Assembly (NCBI GenBank): GCA_041664205.1
Contig: JBAYLF010000004.1
Location: forward strand, 12,297 to 76,296
Source: Minisyncoccota bacterium
Lineage (GTDB): Bacteria; Patescibacteriota; Minisyncoccia; Phycocordibacterales; JBAYLF01
Direction of reading: 5' to 3'
DNA: 64,000 bases
In this document: piece by piece, positions 40,373-51,139 of the stretch
How the letters are laid out: every line of letters starts with the position of its first letter
Numbering within the stretch: position 1 is the stretch's first letter
Translations under genes and position numbers: made by a program
The notes under the pieces: generated by a model
The model's input: the letters and a program-made list of their open reading frames with translations, nothing else
Told to the model about the DNA's origin: nothing
Database searches by the model: none

Positions 40373-41458
40373 TTAAATCCCCTCTTTTTTCAGATCTTCA
40401 ATCAATCGTCTTGCCTCCTTAGAAAGCTTAGATGGAATCTTGATACTTACGCGGATCAAAAGATCTCCTCTTTTAGTTTTGTCTATTGGCACGCCTTTAT
40501 TTTTTTCTCGAAGAATTTCACCATGTGTTACTCCTTCAGGAATTTTTACTTTTATATCTCCATCAAGAGTATTTATTGTATATTCCGAACCTAGAAGAGC
40601 ATCGGAAAGTTTTACACTTAGATCCATAACTAAATTTTTTCCTTCCTTTTTAAAAGTAGGATGTTTTCTAACATGAATTTTTATATAAAGGTCGCCTGTC
40701 CCCCCACCTGCGATAGCTTCTCCTTTTCCGTTCATACGAAGCATCTCTCCGTCTTCAATTCCTGCTGGAATTTGAATTTTTATTTCTTCTTGCTTTTTAA
40801 GAACTCCCAAACCTGCACATTTTGTGCATTTTACTTTTGGAATTTTGCCTTTGCCGTTGCATTCTGGACAAACTCTTACAGTTGAAAAAGTTCCCATGAA
40901 AGATCTCTTGGTTTCTTTTATCTGACCTTTGCCGTTGCATTTTTCACAGGTCTTCATTTCTGTTCCAGGTTCTGCTCCGTTTCCCGAACAACGTTCACAA
41001 GTTGAAGTTTTATTTAAAGAAAATATTTTTTCTACGCCAAATATTGATTCTGAAAAATTCAATTCAATATCAACTGAAATATCACGTCCTCTTTTTGCAC
41101 GCTGACCTCCACCTCCAAAAAAGTCTCCGAATATATCTCCGAGATCAAATTCAAATTGGCCACCGTTTGCATTTCCAAAGTTTGAAAAATCAAAACCTCC
41201 AAAGTCTTGTCCGCCAAAACCTTGTCCTTGAGGACCGCTTGCACCTTCAAAAGCACTACCATAAGTATCATACTGCGAACGTTTTTTATCATCAGACAAA
41301 ACACTATAAGCCTGACTTATTTCTTTGAACTTGGCTTCGTTGCCAGTTTTCTTATCAGGGTGATATTTATGCGCGAGCTTTCTGAAAGCCTTTTTGATCT
41401 CATCACTTGAGGCTCCTTTTGCAACACCTAAAATTTCATAATAATCTTTATTTGCCAT
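40373..41458 (-). CDS. dnaJ: Chaperone DnaJ
   Basis: HPD, G/F region, four CxxCxGxG motifs. Confidence 0.97.
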   Translation of the reverse strand: MANKDYYEILGVAKGASSDEIKKAFRKLAHKYHPDKKTGNEAKFKEISQAYSVLSDDKKRSQYDTYGSAFEGASGPQGQGFGGQDFGGFDFSNFGNANGGQFEFDLGDIFGDFFGGGGQRAKRGRDISVDIELNFSESIFGVEKIFSLNKTSTCERCSGNGAEPGTEMKTCEKCNGKGQIKETKRSFMGTFSTVRVCPECNGKGKIPKVKCTKCAGLGVLKKQEEIKIQIPAGIEDGEMLRMNGKGEAIAGGGTGDLYIKIHVRKHPTFKKEGKNLVMDLSVKLSDALLGSEYTINTLDGDIKVKIPEGVTHGEILREKNKGVPIDKTKRGDLLIRVSIKIPSKLSKEARRLIEDLKKEGI

Positions 41459-41528
41459 AATTGTTTACATTTTATCACAAAAATCTAAATTGACAATGAC
41501 TTTATAACGTTGTGATATTTAGAGACGC

Positions 41529-41562
41529 AAAAAGCGCTGCGGGTTTTCGTGCAGCGCTTTTT
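41529..41562 (-). terminator. Terminator after dnaK
   Basis: aaaaagcgctgc/gcagcgcttttt. Confidence 0.75.
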
Positions 41563-41571
41563 AAACTTTAA

Positions 41572-43497
41572 TTATTTCGTTTCTCCGCCAGCTGGATTTG
41601 GATTTGCTCCCGCTTCGCCTGTGCTTTCTGGATTAGCGCCGCCTTCTTGCCCTGTCGCGCCTGCATCAGCTGGTGGTGGAGTATTTTGTCCTTCTGGATG
41701 CTGTGACATATATTCGCCTATTTTTGAAATTTCGTGGGATAGATCATCAGTTGCGGTTTTTATTGAAGCTTCATCAGTTCCATCTTTAACTTTTTTCACT
41801 GCCTCAATTTTTGCATTGACACCATTTTTAATTTCATCAGTAATTTTTGCACCATTATCTCTAAGTGCTTTCTCTGCTATATAAATAGTTTGCTCAGCAG
41901 TATTTTTTGTATCAACCAACTCTTTCTTTTTCTTATCTTCGTCTTCGTGAAGTTCTGCTTCCTTCTTCATCTTTTCTATATCGTCTTTACTAAGTGAAGA
42001 ACTTGCCTCTATTCTTATAGATTGTGTTTTTCCTGTTGCTTTGTCTTTTGCAGTAACACTCAAAATACCGTTCGCATCAACATCAAAAGCAACCTCTATT
42101 TGAGGCATTCCTCGTGGCGCTGGTGGAATTCCGTCTAGAATAAATCTACCGAGACTCTTGTTATCAGAAACCATTGGTCGCTCACCTTGAACAATGTGAA
42201 TATCGACTGAAGTTTGATTGTCTGATGCAGTTGAAAATACCTGTGACTTTGAGGTCGGAATAGTTGTGTTTCTTTCAATTATCTTTGTTGCAACAGATCC
42301 CATTGTTTCAATTCCTAAAGAAAGAGGAATAACATCTAGAAGTAAAATATCTCTAACTTCTCCTGTAATAACACCTGCTTGAATTGCAGCACCCATAGCA
42401 ACTACTTCGTCAGGGTTGATAGAAAGGTTTGGTTCTTTTCCAAAAAATTCTTTTACTACCTGTTGCAATTTTGGCATTCTGGTTTGTCCTCCAACAAGAA
42501 TTACTTCGTTAATTTCATTTGCTTTAAATGGCGATGCTTCGATAACTCGCTTTGTAATTGAAAGTGCGCGGTCAACAAACTCTTGTGTGAGCTCTTCGAG
42601 TTTTGCACGATTTAATTTTACAAGAAGGTGCTTTGGACCGTTAGCATCGGAAGTTAAAAATGGAATATTTATTTCTGTTTCCATTGCGGTTGAAAGTTCT
42701 ATCTTTGCTTTTTCTGCTGACTCATCTAATCGCTGAAGAGCAAGAGGATCATTTCTAACATCAATGCCGTTTTCTTTTTTGAATTCGTCAGCAAGCCAAT
42801 TCATTATCTTTTGATCGATATCCTTTCCTCCCAAGTGACTGTCGCCATCTGTTGCCTTAACTTCTACAACATCATCACCGACTTCCAAAATTGAAATATC
42901 GAAAGTTCCGCCTCCGAAGTCGAACACAGCAATTTTTTCTTCTTTCTTTTTGTTAAAGCCGTATGCGAGCGCTGCTGCAGTTGGTTCGTTTATGATTCTC
43001 TTTACATCAAGTCCGGCAATTGCTCCAGCGTCTTTAGTAGCCTTTCTTTGCGCATCATTAAAGTATGCAGGAACTGTAATGACAGCTTCTGTTATCTTCT
43101 CGCCAAGCCTAGCTTCTGCATCATTCTTTAATTTTTGAAGAACCATCGCAGAGATCTCTTCTGGTCGATACATCTTGTCGTTCATTTTTACTTGAACTCC
43201 CCCATCAGTAGATTTTGTAACTTCAAATGGCACAGATTTTACATCACGCTGAACAGCAGGATCATCAAAAGAGTGACCCATAAATCGCTTGATACCAAAG
43301 ATCGTATTTTTCGGATTTGTGATAGCTTGTCGTTTTGCGAGCAAACCGACAATTCTCTCATTGGTCTTTGAGATAGCAACAATAGAAGGAGTTGTTCGAG
43401 CCCCCTCAGCATTCTCCATAATTTTAGGCGTGCCACCTTCCATTACAGCGACTGCAGAAAATGTTGTTCCAAGATCTATACCAATTACTTTTGCCAT
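41572..43497 (-). CDS. dnaK: Chaperone DnaK
   Basis: [29 protein letters not shown]. Confidence 0.99.
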   Translation of the reverse strand: MAKVIGIDLGTTFSAVAVMEGGTPKIMENAEGARTTPSIVAISKTNERIVGLLAKRQAITNPKNTIFGIKRFMGHSFDDPAVQRDVKSVPFEVTKSTDGGVQVKMNDKMYRPEEISAMVLQKLKNDAEARLGEKITEAVITVPAYFNDAQRKATKDAGAIAGLDVKRIINEPTAAALAYGFNKKKEEKIAVFDFGGGTFDISILEVGDDVVEVKATDGDSHLGGKDIDQKIMNWLADEFKKENGIDVRNDPLALQRLDESAEKAKIELSTAMETEINIPFLTSDANGPKHLLVKLNRAKLEELTQEFVDRALSITKRVIEASPFKANEINEVILVGGQTRMPKLQQVVKEFFGKEPNLSINPDEVVAMGAAIQAGVITGEVRDILLLDVIPLSLGIETMGSVATKIIERNTTIPTSKSQVFSTASDNQTSVDIHIVQGERPMVSDNKSLGRFILDGIPPAPRGMPQIEVAFDVDANGILSVTAKDKATGKTQSIRIEASSSLSKDDIEKMKKEAELHEDEDKKKKELVDTKNTAEQTIYIAEKALRDNGAKITDEIKNGVNAKIEAVKKVKDGTDEASIKTATDDLSHEISKIGEYMSQHPEGQNTPPPADAGATGQEGGANPESTGEAGANPNPAGGETK

Positions 43498-43592
43498 ATA
43501 TTTTATTTGTTAATTACTTTTTAATTTTAATTTAATTTGTTCTTAAATTTTATAAAATTTCCTCAATTTTTCAAGTCTCTTCAGATTCTGGA

Positions 43593-44213
43593 TTATTTTT
43601 TAAATTCTGCGACTTTCACTCTCGCCGCCCTGATAACTCTATCGTGAATCTTATATCCTTTCTGTAAAACATCCGTTATTGTGCCATCAAGATTTGGGTC
43701 ATCCACAGCAACAAGCTCCGAAGCTGAGTGAACATAATGATCGAACTTTTCGCCTTTTTGAGGACTGATCTGTTTTACATTATTATTTTCCAAAACAGTT
43801 TGAAGCTGATTATAAATATACTCAACTCCAACTCTCCATTCTTTAGAAACTTTTTCCCATGCTTCTTTGTTGGAAAATGCCATTTCAAAACTATCCAAAA
43901 CCGGTATGATCTGATTTAAAAGATCTTCATTAGAATATTTAACAAGCTCGGCTCTCAACTCTTCGTCTTTCTTGCGGGCATTCACGAAATCTGCGCGAGA
44001 CCTCTGCCATCCGTCCAAATATTCTTGCTTCAATTTTTCTGCTTCTTTTAGTTTATCGCGAAGCTTTTTTATTTTTTCTTGAACACTCTCTCCTTCATCG
44101 TCTACAACCATATCTATATCAGAATCATTTTTTCCGTTGTCTTTTTCGAACTCTAAATTCTCTCGCTCATTATCTGATAAATTTTTATTTTTTTGCTCAT
44201 CATCCATAGGCAT
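43593..44213 (-). CDS. grpE: Nucleotide exchange factor GrpE
   Basis: RADF.N..K, IPVLD, QKGY..RVIRAARV. Confidence 0.95.
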   Translation of the reverse strand: MPMDDEQKNKNLSDNERENLEFEKDNGKNDSDIDMVVDDEGESVQEKIKKLRDKLKEAEKLKQEYLDGWQRSRADFVNARKKDEELRAELVKYSNEDLLNQIIPVLDSFEMAFSNKEAWEKVSKEWRVGVEYIYNQLQTVLENNNVKQISPQKGEKFDHYVHSASELVAVDDPNLDGTITDVLQKGYKIHDRVIRAARVKVAEFKK

Positions 44214-44265
44214 AATTATTGCATTTATACGTTATTTATAAATAGTTAATTAATGTTGTGTAGCA

Positions 44266-44294
44266 AATATAACAATTTTAAATCACTGTGTCAA
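44266..44294 (-). promoter_or_regulatory. Sigma70-type promoter of grpE-dnaK
   Basis: TTGACA-17-TATATT on minus strand. Confidence 0.65.
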
Positions 44295-44348
44295 CGCTAA
44301 AAAAGGTAAAAAACGGCATATTTTTTGATAAAAAATTTAAAAAAAATG

Positions 44349-44377
44349 TTAACCACAGATTAAACACAGCTTCCACA
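44349..44377 (+). promoter_or_regulatory. Three DnaA-box-like repeats upstream of dnaB
   Basis: TTAACCACA, TTAAACACA, GCTTCCACA versus consensus TTATCCACA. Confidence 0.4.
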
Positions 44378-44422
44378 CCTTTTTGCTTGTTGGTTCTCTA
44401 TAAACTTATTAAAATTGTTTCT

Positions 44423-45784
44423 ATGGCAACAGCAATTACAAAAAACAGTTTAAAAATTCCACCTCAAAGCACTGATGCGGAAATGGCTTTCTTGGGCTCG
44501 ATCATGATCCGACCGGAAGCTATTCATGAGATCCTAGATATTGTTAATACTAACTCTTTCTACTCCGAAAAAAACCGCTTGATCTATCAGACTATGATAG
44601 AGCTCCTTGGAAAAAATGAACCTATCGACCTTTTGTCAGTTTCATCGAGACTTCGAGAAACAGCAGACATTGATCGTATTGGCGGAGCAAGCTATGTTGC
44701 TGATCTTGTTAACGCAGTGCCGTCTTCAACAAACATTGGCAATTATGCAAAGATCATACAAAAGAAATTCATGATGCGAAAGCTCATAGAGGCTTCAGAA
44801 TATATTTCAAGTCTCGGCTATAACGAAGCCGAAGATATCGATGAACTTTTAGATCAAGCACAAAAAAGAATTTTCGATCTTACAAATAATTCTAGCGTGC
44901 ATAGATTTATTGAATTGAAAGACACACTCGGCGAAGCGTGGGAAAGATTAGATAGACTACACAAATCAAAAGATGGATTAAGAGGAGTGCCTAGCGGATT
45001 CAAAGATTTAGACGATAAACTTTCAGGCTTCCAAAATTCAGATCTTATTATTCTCGCAGCTAGACCTTCAATGGGAAAAACATCTCTTGCACTTGATATC
45101 GCAAGACAAGCTGCAACGATGCACGGAGTAGCAGTTGGAATATTTTCTCTTGAAATGAGCTCACAGCAACTTATCGATAGAATGCTTGCAGCAGAATCCA
45201 GAGTTGATGCGTGGAAACTTCGAACTGGACGCCTTTCTCTTGATAGCGATTTCGATAAGATACGCGACTCGCTTGCAAGACTTTCGACAGCTCCTATTTA
45301 TATAGACGACATGCCGGGAAATAATATTCTGAAAATGCGCTCGATCGCCCGCCGACTTAAGAACGAAAAGAAACTCGGACTTATAATCGTCGACTACTTG
45401 CAACTTATGGTCCCGACACAATCCAGAAATTCAGACAATATGGTTCAGCAAGTAACAGAAATTTCTCGATCACTTAAGAACCTCGCGAGAGAGCTAGATG
45501 TGCCTGTAATAGCGCTATCACAGCTAAGCCGAGCCGTTGAACAACGTGGCGGACGCCCTCGCCTATCCGACCTTCGAGATTCTGGATCTATCGAACAGGA
45601 CGCTGATGTTGTTATGTTCATTCATCGCGAAGACAAATATAATGAAAATTCCGACAAACCAAACATCGCGGAAATTATGATAGAAAAGCACAGAAATGGC
45701 GCAACTGGAAAAGTTGATCTATACTTTGACGACAAGAGGGCAACTTTCTTGAGCATCGATAAAAGCGGATTTCAGGAGTTTTAA
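44423..45784 (+). CDS. dnaB: Replicative helicase DnaB
   Basis: AARPSMGKT, FSLEM, IVDYLQL, DLRDSGSIEQDAD; start 44423. Confidence 0.98.
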   Translation: MATAITKNSLKIPPQSTDAEMAFLGSIMIRPEAIHEILDIVNTNSFYSEKNRLIYQTMIELLGKNEPIDLLSVSSRLRETADIDRIGGASYVADLVNAVPSSTNIGNYAKIIQKKFMMRKLIEASEYISSLGYNEAEDIDELLDQAQKRIFDLTNNSSVHRFIELKDTLGEAWERLDRLHKSKDGLRGVPSGFKDLDDKLSGFQNSDLIILAARPSMGKTSLALDIARQAATMHGVAVGIFSLEMSSQQLIDRMLAAESRVDAWKLRTGRLSLDSDFDKIRDSLARLSTAPIYIDDMPGNNILKMRSIARRLKNEKKLGLIIVDYLQLMVPTQSRNSDNMVQQVTEISRSLKNLARELDVPVIALSQLSRAVEQRGGRPRLSDLRDSGSIEQDADVVMFIHREDKYNENSDKPNIAEIMIEKHRNGATGKVDLYFDDKRATFLSIDKSGFQEF

Positions 45785-45789
45785 CAATC

Positions 45790-46410
45790 ATGACATCAAT
45801 TGAAAGATTAACAGAATTATTTAAAGACTTTCCAGGAATAGGACCAAGACAAGCGAAAAGGTTTGTCTATTTTTTACTTACGAGACCAGAAAGTTACAGA
45901 CGCGAATTAATATCACATATAGAAAATATAAAAAATAATATCCAGGCCTGCGCATCATGTTTTAGATTTTTTGAAGCAACTTCGGTTAGTCAAAAAGTCT
46001 GTTCTGTTTGTTCCAATCCGAATCGAGACAATTCAAGCCTTCTTATAGTCAGTCGAGATATAGATTTTGAAAATATAGAAAGAAGCCGATCGTTCAACGG
46101 CACATATTTTATTTTAGGCGGATCAATACCAATACTCGAAAAAAATCCTGAACTAAAAATACGTGCAAAAGAACTCGCTTCGGTCGTTAAGAAAAAAGCA
46201 TCTGAGTCGGGACTCAAAGAAATAATCATCGCACTTAACGCGAACCCTGAAGGAGAAAACACTGCGCAGTTTGTAACAAAATTTCTTGAGCCACTTACAA
46301 ATGAATTTGGATTAAAAGTCTCAACGCTCGGCCGAGGACTCTCCACCGGCACCGAAATAGAATATTCAGATTCAGAAACCATAAAGAACGCAATAAAAAA
46401 TAGATTTTAA
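45790..46410 (+). CDS. recR: Recombination protein RecR
   Basis: PGIGPRQA, C4 zinc finger, Toprim EGENTA. Confidence 0.95.
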   Translation: MTSIERLTELFKDFPGIGPRQAKRFVYFLLTRPESYRRELISHIENIKNNIQACASCFRFFEATSVSQKVCSVCSNPNRDNSSLLIVSRDIDFENIERSRSFNGTYFILGGSIPILEKNPELKIRAKELASVVKKKASESGLKEIIIALNANPEGENTAQFVTKFLEPLTNEFGLKVSTLGRGLSTGTEIEYSDSETIKNAIKNRF

Positions 46411-46471
46411 AAAAAGTTTGAAATAATATAATTTATTTGTTATCCTTGCACAAGAAGAAAGGAGTTAGATT

Positions 46472-46687
46472 ATGTGGATGACAGACTATATTAGCGAAAT
46501 CAGACGACAAATGATTAAAAAGTATGGATTTGAGGAAGATCCATTAAAACCCGGAATACCTATCAATGTTCCAAATGGAACGTATCCGATGAAAATCGAT
46601 GGAAAAATGGATTTTGTAAAAATTACAGATGATAAAATATCATGTTGTAATTTAAAAAAAAAGAAAAAAAGTAAAAAAAGAAAATAG
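46472..46687 (+). CDS. Small hypothetical protein (orphan)
   Basis: SD aaggag; hairpin downstream. Confidence 0.65.
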   Translation: MWMTDYISEIRRQMIKKYGFEEDPLKPGIPINVPNGTYPMKIDGKMDFVKITDDKISCCNLKKKKKSKKRK

Positions 46688-46774
46688 CTCTTTGTCGAAG
46701 AAACGAAACCTCACCATAAACTTTAATGATGAGGTTTTCTGTTATAAAAAATCCCCTTTCGGGGATTTTTTAAT

Positions 46775-47125
46775 TTAGTTTATTGAGTTAACTTTGAATT
46801 TCATGAATGGCTGTCTGTGTCCGTTCTTTTTTAGGTATCGGCTTTTTGCCTTGTATTTTAGAACAACTAAAGTTGGATTTTTTCCAATTTCTATAAGTTC
46901 TCCTTCTACTTTAGCGCCTTCTATGAAAGGCATTCCTACAGTAATTTTTTCATCGTTTCCTTTTAGTAAAACTTTATCAAAAATAACCTTGTCTCCAAGT
47001 TTTAATTCTCCTTTTATTTTTTCAGTTTTTACAACATCGCCAACAGAAACTTTATACTGTTTTCCACCAGTAGCAATCACAGCGAGGTCGTTATTTGAAG
47101 CGTTTTTTAGTTTTTTTGTTGCCAT
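46775..47125 (-). CDS. rplU: 50S ribosomal protein L21
   Basis: AVIATGGKQYKV, GHRQPF; start 47125. Confidence 0.96.
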   Translation of the reverse strand: MATKKLKNASNNDLAVIATGGKQYKVSVGDVVKTEKIKGELKLGDKVIFDKVLLKGNDEKITVGMPFIEGAKVEGELIEIGKNPTLVVLKYKAKSRYLKKNGHRQPFMKFKVNSIN

Positions 47126-47251
47126 ATCTTTCGTATAAATGTGTATGGATATATTATCAAAACCCCCTAAAAATGCAACCTTTTGCAACAAAAAGCTCTT
47201 AACAAGGTATTAATCCTGTTAAGAGCTTTGGCTAAAGAACTATCGTTGTCA

Positions 47252-47518
47252 CTAGCCCCAATAAAATGGGGATATTTCATATTGACTCGGAAAGTATCTC
47301 TTACAACAAGCAATTCTCTCTTGGTGACAATTAAATTCGGCATAATAATCACCCACGACCTCATTTAATCTACTATTAGGACTGACTATAATTTCAATCC
47401 CGTTTAATGTTGCTTTTACAAAATCCTCGAGATAAAATACCGAACTTTTTGACAGATCGATCATTTTTTTTGCAACTTCAATAATAGTTTCGTTTTCTTC
47501 CGGTTCGTATGTTGTCAT
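47252..47518 (-). CDS. Small hypothetical protein (orphan)
   Basis: SD aaggag; 88-aa ORF. Confidence 0.55.
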   Translation of the reverse strand: MTTYEPEENETIIEVAKKMIDLSKSSVFYLEDFVKATLNGIEIIVSPNSRLNEVVGDYYAEFNCHQERIACCKRYFPSQYEISPFYWG

Positions 47519-47598
47519 TCTATTTCTCCTTTGAGTTTTTTATCTTCTAGAAATGTAACAAATAAACCACTTTTGTAAAGTGGTTTATTTTATATTTT

Positions 47599-48675
47599 TT
47601 ATTCTTCTCTTTCTGGCTTTTCTATAACCAAGGCTTCTATTCCGCCAGATTCTCCTGTTATCCTCAAAACATCCTTATCCATCTTCTGGAGCTCCTTGTG
47701 GGCCTTATTGAAGTGATTTACCGTAGTTCCGAGAGCATTGCCTAAAGAAACCATATATTGATCATGAGCTGAAATATGCTTCCCCAGATCCTCAACTCTC
47801 GCGCGAATTTCCTTGGCTGATTCTTCAATCTGCAGTGCCTTTAGACCTTGAAGCACAGTCTGCAAATATGCGAGAAAAGAAGTTGGAGAAACTATTATAA
47901 CTTTGTATTTTCCTGCCGCGCGCTGTATCAAATTTTCTGTATCCTCACCTTTCATCGCTCCAATTTTATTTACCAACAGATCATAATAAATCGCCTCGTG
48001 CGGAATGAACATAAAAGCAAAATCCATCGTGCCTTCGTTCGGACGAATATATTTCGAAGTCTCTTGGATGCGCATTTTCAAATCGTTTACAAAAACTTTC
48101 TCGAGTCGCGCTTTTTCCACTTCGTTTCGCTCCTCTATAATACGGTTATAATTTTCGAGAGAAAATTTAGAATCAACTGGGATTATTTTGTCACGCACAA
48201 AAACAGCGGCGTCTACGATTTCGCCGTCAGCAAACGCATACTGCATTTGAAAGCTTCCTGGAGGTAAAACATTTTTTAGAAGCGTCTCCAAATAATATTC
48301 GCCTAAAATTCCTCGTTGCTTTGGGTTCTTCAAAATATCTTGAAGCGACTGCAATTGATCCGTAAAAGAAACTACTTGCTTGTTTGTCTCATCAAGTCTT
48401 GTTAAGCGCTCGGTAATATCACGAATCACACCTAATGACTGATCCGCCTGATGCCGCATTGATTCCTGCATAACCTTCGTCGACTCGCCCATCTTTGAAT
48501 CTACAACTCGCGAGAGCTCGTTCATCTGCTGAAGCAAAAGTGTCATTCCTCTATCATCTTCTGGCTCCATATCTTCGTCTTCTTTATTTTTTACCCTATT
48601 CAAAACCATCCAAAAGAAAATCCCGTTGGCAAAAACGACTAAAACCAAAATTAAAACTAATACAAAATTATTCAT
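47599..48675 (-). CDS. rmuC: DNA recombination protein RmuC
   Basis: KQRGILGE, PVDSKF, DFAFMFIP.E, SPTS; start 48675. Confidence 0.93.
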   Translation of the reverse strand: MNNFVLVLILVLVVFANGIFFWMVLNRVKNKEDEDMEPEDDRGMTLLLQQMNELSRVVDSKMGESTKVMQESMRHQADQSLGVIRDITERLTRLDETNKQVVSFTDQLQSLQDILKNPKQRGILGEYYLETLLKNVLPPGSFQMQYAFADGEIVDAAVFVRDKIIPVDSKFSLENYNRIIEERNEVEKARLEKVFVNDLKMRIQETSKYIRPNEGTMDFAFMFIPHEAIYYDLLVNKIGAMKGEDTENLIQRAAGKYKVIIVSPTSFLAYLQTVLQGLKALQIEESAKEIRARVEDLGKHISAHDQYMVSLGNALGTTVNHFNKAHKELQKMDKDVLRITGESGGIEALVIEKPEREE

Positions 48676-48750
48676 AGGAAAATTATAACTCATTAGCACT
48701 CACACTCAAAATTTTACAAATTCATTGATCTATATTAACTTATAAAAAGA

Positions 48751-49005
48751 ATGAAAACTAAAGAAGTTATAGGATTAGTTCTTATCATACAATTCATGTT
48801 ATTTTTAATAACATTGTTTTTTAATGGTTTTTATATGATGTATTTCAATATCAACCATATTCCTCTAAACTCTTTGCAACAAAGTATAAAGATCTTAATT
48901 GATAGTTATTTTGATCTATCAATGATCTTTGGACTTATTGGATATTTCTGCTTTAAGAGTTACAGAAGAACTGTTAAATGCAGGTGGTATAGGATGCATA
49001 AATAA
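48751..49005 (+). CDS. Small 2-TM hypothetical protein (orphan)
   Basis: Hydrophobic 84-aa ORF followed by hairpin. Confidence 0.55.
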   Translation: MKTKEVIGLVLIIQFMLFLITLFFNGFYMMYFNINHIPLNSLQQSIKILIDSYFDLSMIFGLIGYFCFKSYRRTVKCRWYRMHK

Positions 49006-49106
49006 ACAAGATTAAAAGAGACCCTATATTTTAAGGGTCTCTTTTTTATTTGTAATAAAAATGTTAAAATTTTAATCTAAGTTATTCACTTTAATTTTTA
49101 AACAAT

Positions 49107-49559
49107 ATGTCATTACATCAACAGATCAAAGATCAAATGAAAGAAGCCATGCTTAACAAAGATGCCGTTCGCCTTTCGGTTATTCGTGCCTTAGTTTCAG
49201 GATTTATGAACGAGCTCGTAGCAAAAGGCAAAAAACCCCAAGAAGAATTAAGCGATGAAGACGCATTGATGATCATTAAAAGACAGACAAAACAGCATAA
49301 AGACTCGATAGATCAATTTAAAAAGGGCGGACGCGAAGATTTAGTCGAATCAGAAGAAGCAGAGCTTAAAGTTCTTGAATCATATCTTCCAGAAATGCTT
49401 GGCGAAGAAGAAATTAAAAAAGTTGTAGAAGCCAAAAAAACCGAGCTTGGCGTTACAGACAAATCAAAACTCGGAATTTTTATGGGAGCAGTCATGAAAG
49501 AGTTCAAAGGCAAAGCCGACGGAGCTTTGGTCAAAAAAATAGTTGAGGAATCTTTTTAA
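49107..49559 (+). CDS. GatB/YqeY domain protein
   Basis: MKEAM..KD, SIDQFKKGGREDL, ESYLP, GKADG. Confidence 0.92.
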   Translation: MSLHQQIKDQMKEAMLNKDAVRLSVIRALVSGFMNELVAKGKKPQEELSDEDALMIIKRQTKQHKDSIDQFKKGGREDLVESEEAELKVLESYLPEMLGEEEIKKVVEAKKTELGVTDKSKLGIFMGAVMKEFKGKADGALVKKIVEESF

Positions 49560-49567
49560 ATTTCTAA

Positions 49568-49596
49568 TTGTCATTAGTGAAATAATTTGATAGAAT
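49568..49596 (+). promoter_or_regulatory. Sigma70-type promoter with no downstream ORF
   Basis: TTGTCA-17-TAGAAT with extended TG. Confidence 0.6.
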
Positions 49597-49601
49597 TCTT
49601 T

Positions 49602-49674
49602 TGGGAATCAGGTCCTTGTAAAAGGATCCTGAGGCTCACACTCCGCGCAGCAAAACTGCGCGGGGTACTTTTTT
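49602..49674 (+). ncRNA. Candidate ~70-nt small RNA
   Basis: GNRA-capped hairpin 49602-49638, then terminator 49640-49666 and T-run. Confidence 0.4.
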
Positions 49675-50188
49675 ATTTTAATAAAAATCTCAAAGGCTTC
49701 TTTGCCCATTCACCCGCGTAGTCCACACCTACGCGCGGTGTTTTTTTAATTTTATTTTTGAGGACTAAAACTCCCCTATCTTCAAACCAAAGTCCTGCGC
49801 TTTTTTCCACACGCTTTTTATTTAAAGTTTTATCTATCTTTAAAAATTTTGTTATTTTACCAGGCCCATTGTATTTGCCTGCGCCTCTTATCAAAATTGC
49901 CGCAGGATAATCTTTTTTACCTACGACAATATTCAGCATCCAATACATCCCATAGCAAAGATAAACATAAAAATATCCGGCCTCGCCGAACATTATTTCG
50001 TTCCTTTCTGTTCTTCCTTTTGAAGCATGCGAAGCTTTATCATCAAAGCCGTCATAAGCTTCGACCTCGTTTATTTCTAAAGCTATTTCTTCATCGTCAA
50101 TCTTTCGCACCAGATATTTACCCAAAAGTTCCTCGGCGACAATCGTCGCTTTTCTATTAAAAAAATCCTGATTCAAAACTTTTCTCAT
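49673..50188 (-). CDS. mpg: 3-methyladenine DNA glycosylase (MPG/AAG family)
   Basis: EVEAY, D.ASHA, YVYLCYGMY, NGPGK, TPRVGV. Confidence 0.93.
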   Translation of the reverse strand: MRKVLNQDFFNRKATIVAEELLGKYLVRKIDDEEIALEINEVEAYDGFDDKASHASKGRTERNEIMFGEAGYFYVYLCYGMYWMLNIVVGKKDYPAAILIRGAGKYNGPGKITKFLKIDKTLNKKRVEKSAGLWFEDRGVLVLKNKIKKTPRVGVDYAGEWAKKPLRFLLK

Positions 50189-50190
50189 CT

Positions 50191-50760
50191 CTAACTTTTA
50201 ACATTTTCTCTTCCCCATCGCAAAGTCTTGCTCATCCACAAAAGTTCCGATATAAAATTATTGTATCTTTTTTCAACAGAAGCCGGATCTTTCAAATTTC
50301 CACTTTCGTCAAAAAGTTCTCCTACTCTGGAAAAATTCAAATCTGCTTCTATTGTCGTAAGTTTTAATTCTCTCAACACAGGAATTAAATTTTCAATAAC
50401 TCGCGTGCCAGACGAAAATCCTCCGCAAGCTACCATTCCAACTGCCTTGTGCTTGTATTCATCAAACATAGAATCCAAAAGCCATTTTAATGGCGCAGGA
50501 TATCCATGATTATATTCTGGCATCACAATTACAATTCCATCAGCTTTGATGATCGCATCTCTGTAATCGGCAAAATTATCTTTAACAGCTGGTCCATAAT
50601 CGTCCGTTGAGAAATTAAAATTCTTAGGATCAATGAGTTTCGTTTCTATCTCTGGATAAGCCGACATTTTTTCATGTAGCCACTTTGCTACATGAGAGCT
50701 TGCGCTGTCCTTGCGCACTGTTCCTAAAATAATCGGGATAAAAAGTTTTTGTTCTGGCAT
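50191..50760 (-). CDS. NADPH-dependent FMN reductase
   Basis: GTVRK, PEYNHGYP..LK..LD. Confidence 0.9.
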   Translation of the reverse strand: MPEQKLFIPIILGTVRKDSASSHVAKWLHEKMSAYPEIETKLIDPKNFNFSTDDYGPAVKDNFADYRDAIIKADGIVIVMPEYNHGYPAPLKWLLDSMFDEYKHKAVGMVACGGFSSGTRVIENLIPVLRELKLTTIEADLNFSRVGELFDESGNLKDPASVEKRYNNFISELLWMSKTLRWGRENVKS

Positions 50761-50894
50761 AAATTTTTTAAAATAAAAATAATAGTAAATATATTATATC
50801 TTATTCAATTTTAAATAGTCGAGTAAATAATAAGAAATTCTTGTTTGACAAAATATTATTATATGCTACAATCTTATTCAGGAATTGCGAATTT

Positions 50895-51041
50895 ATGAAT
50901 GCACAAAAGAAACGCAAAGAAAAAAGGGAAAGAAAGCGCGAGGACGAAAAAATCGCCTCAATTGAAAACAGATTCGGAGCAAACAGTTTCGTTGCCAAAA
51001 CCTACCGAGACCGGCTCCAAAACAAAAGAAATCGGTGGTAA
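50895..51041 (+). CDS. 48-aa basic small protein (orphan)
   Basis: TTGACA..TACAAT promoter upstream, terminator downstream. Confidence 0.45.
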   Translation: MNAQKKRKEKRERKREDEKIASIENRFGANSFVAKTYRDRLQNKRNRW

Positions 51042-51059
51042 GAAAAACGAAAACAAAAG

Positions 51060-51096
51060 CGCCCCGCGAATCGTAAAACGATCGCGGGGCTTTATT
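51060..51096. repeat. 37-bp terminator-like hairpin, copy 1
   Basis: Identical to 51429-51465. Confidence 0.9.
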
Positions 51097-51139
51097 ATAT
51101 TTTACAAAGTTTTTAAATATTATATGATTTGCGAAGAAT

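Noticed and set aside
41549-43513. Antisense and shadow ORFs over dnaK, and similar ones over other core genes
   Set aside because: Explained by codon bias of the real gene on the opposite strand; no motifs or start signals.
44288-44422. N-terminal extension of DnaB (and similar extensions of mnmA, rplU, rpmJ, rmuC)
   Set aside because: The extensions run through promoter regions; downstream ATGs match the family N-termini.
48693-48719. CIRCE element (TTAGCACTC)
   Set aside because: Only the left half-site is present, and none was seen upstream of grpE/dnaK.
49602-49640. SRP (4.5S) RNA because of TCAGGTCC
   Set aside because: It lacks the GGAAGCAG internal-loop strand and is too short; kept only as an unknown sRNA.
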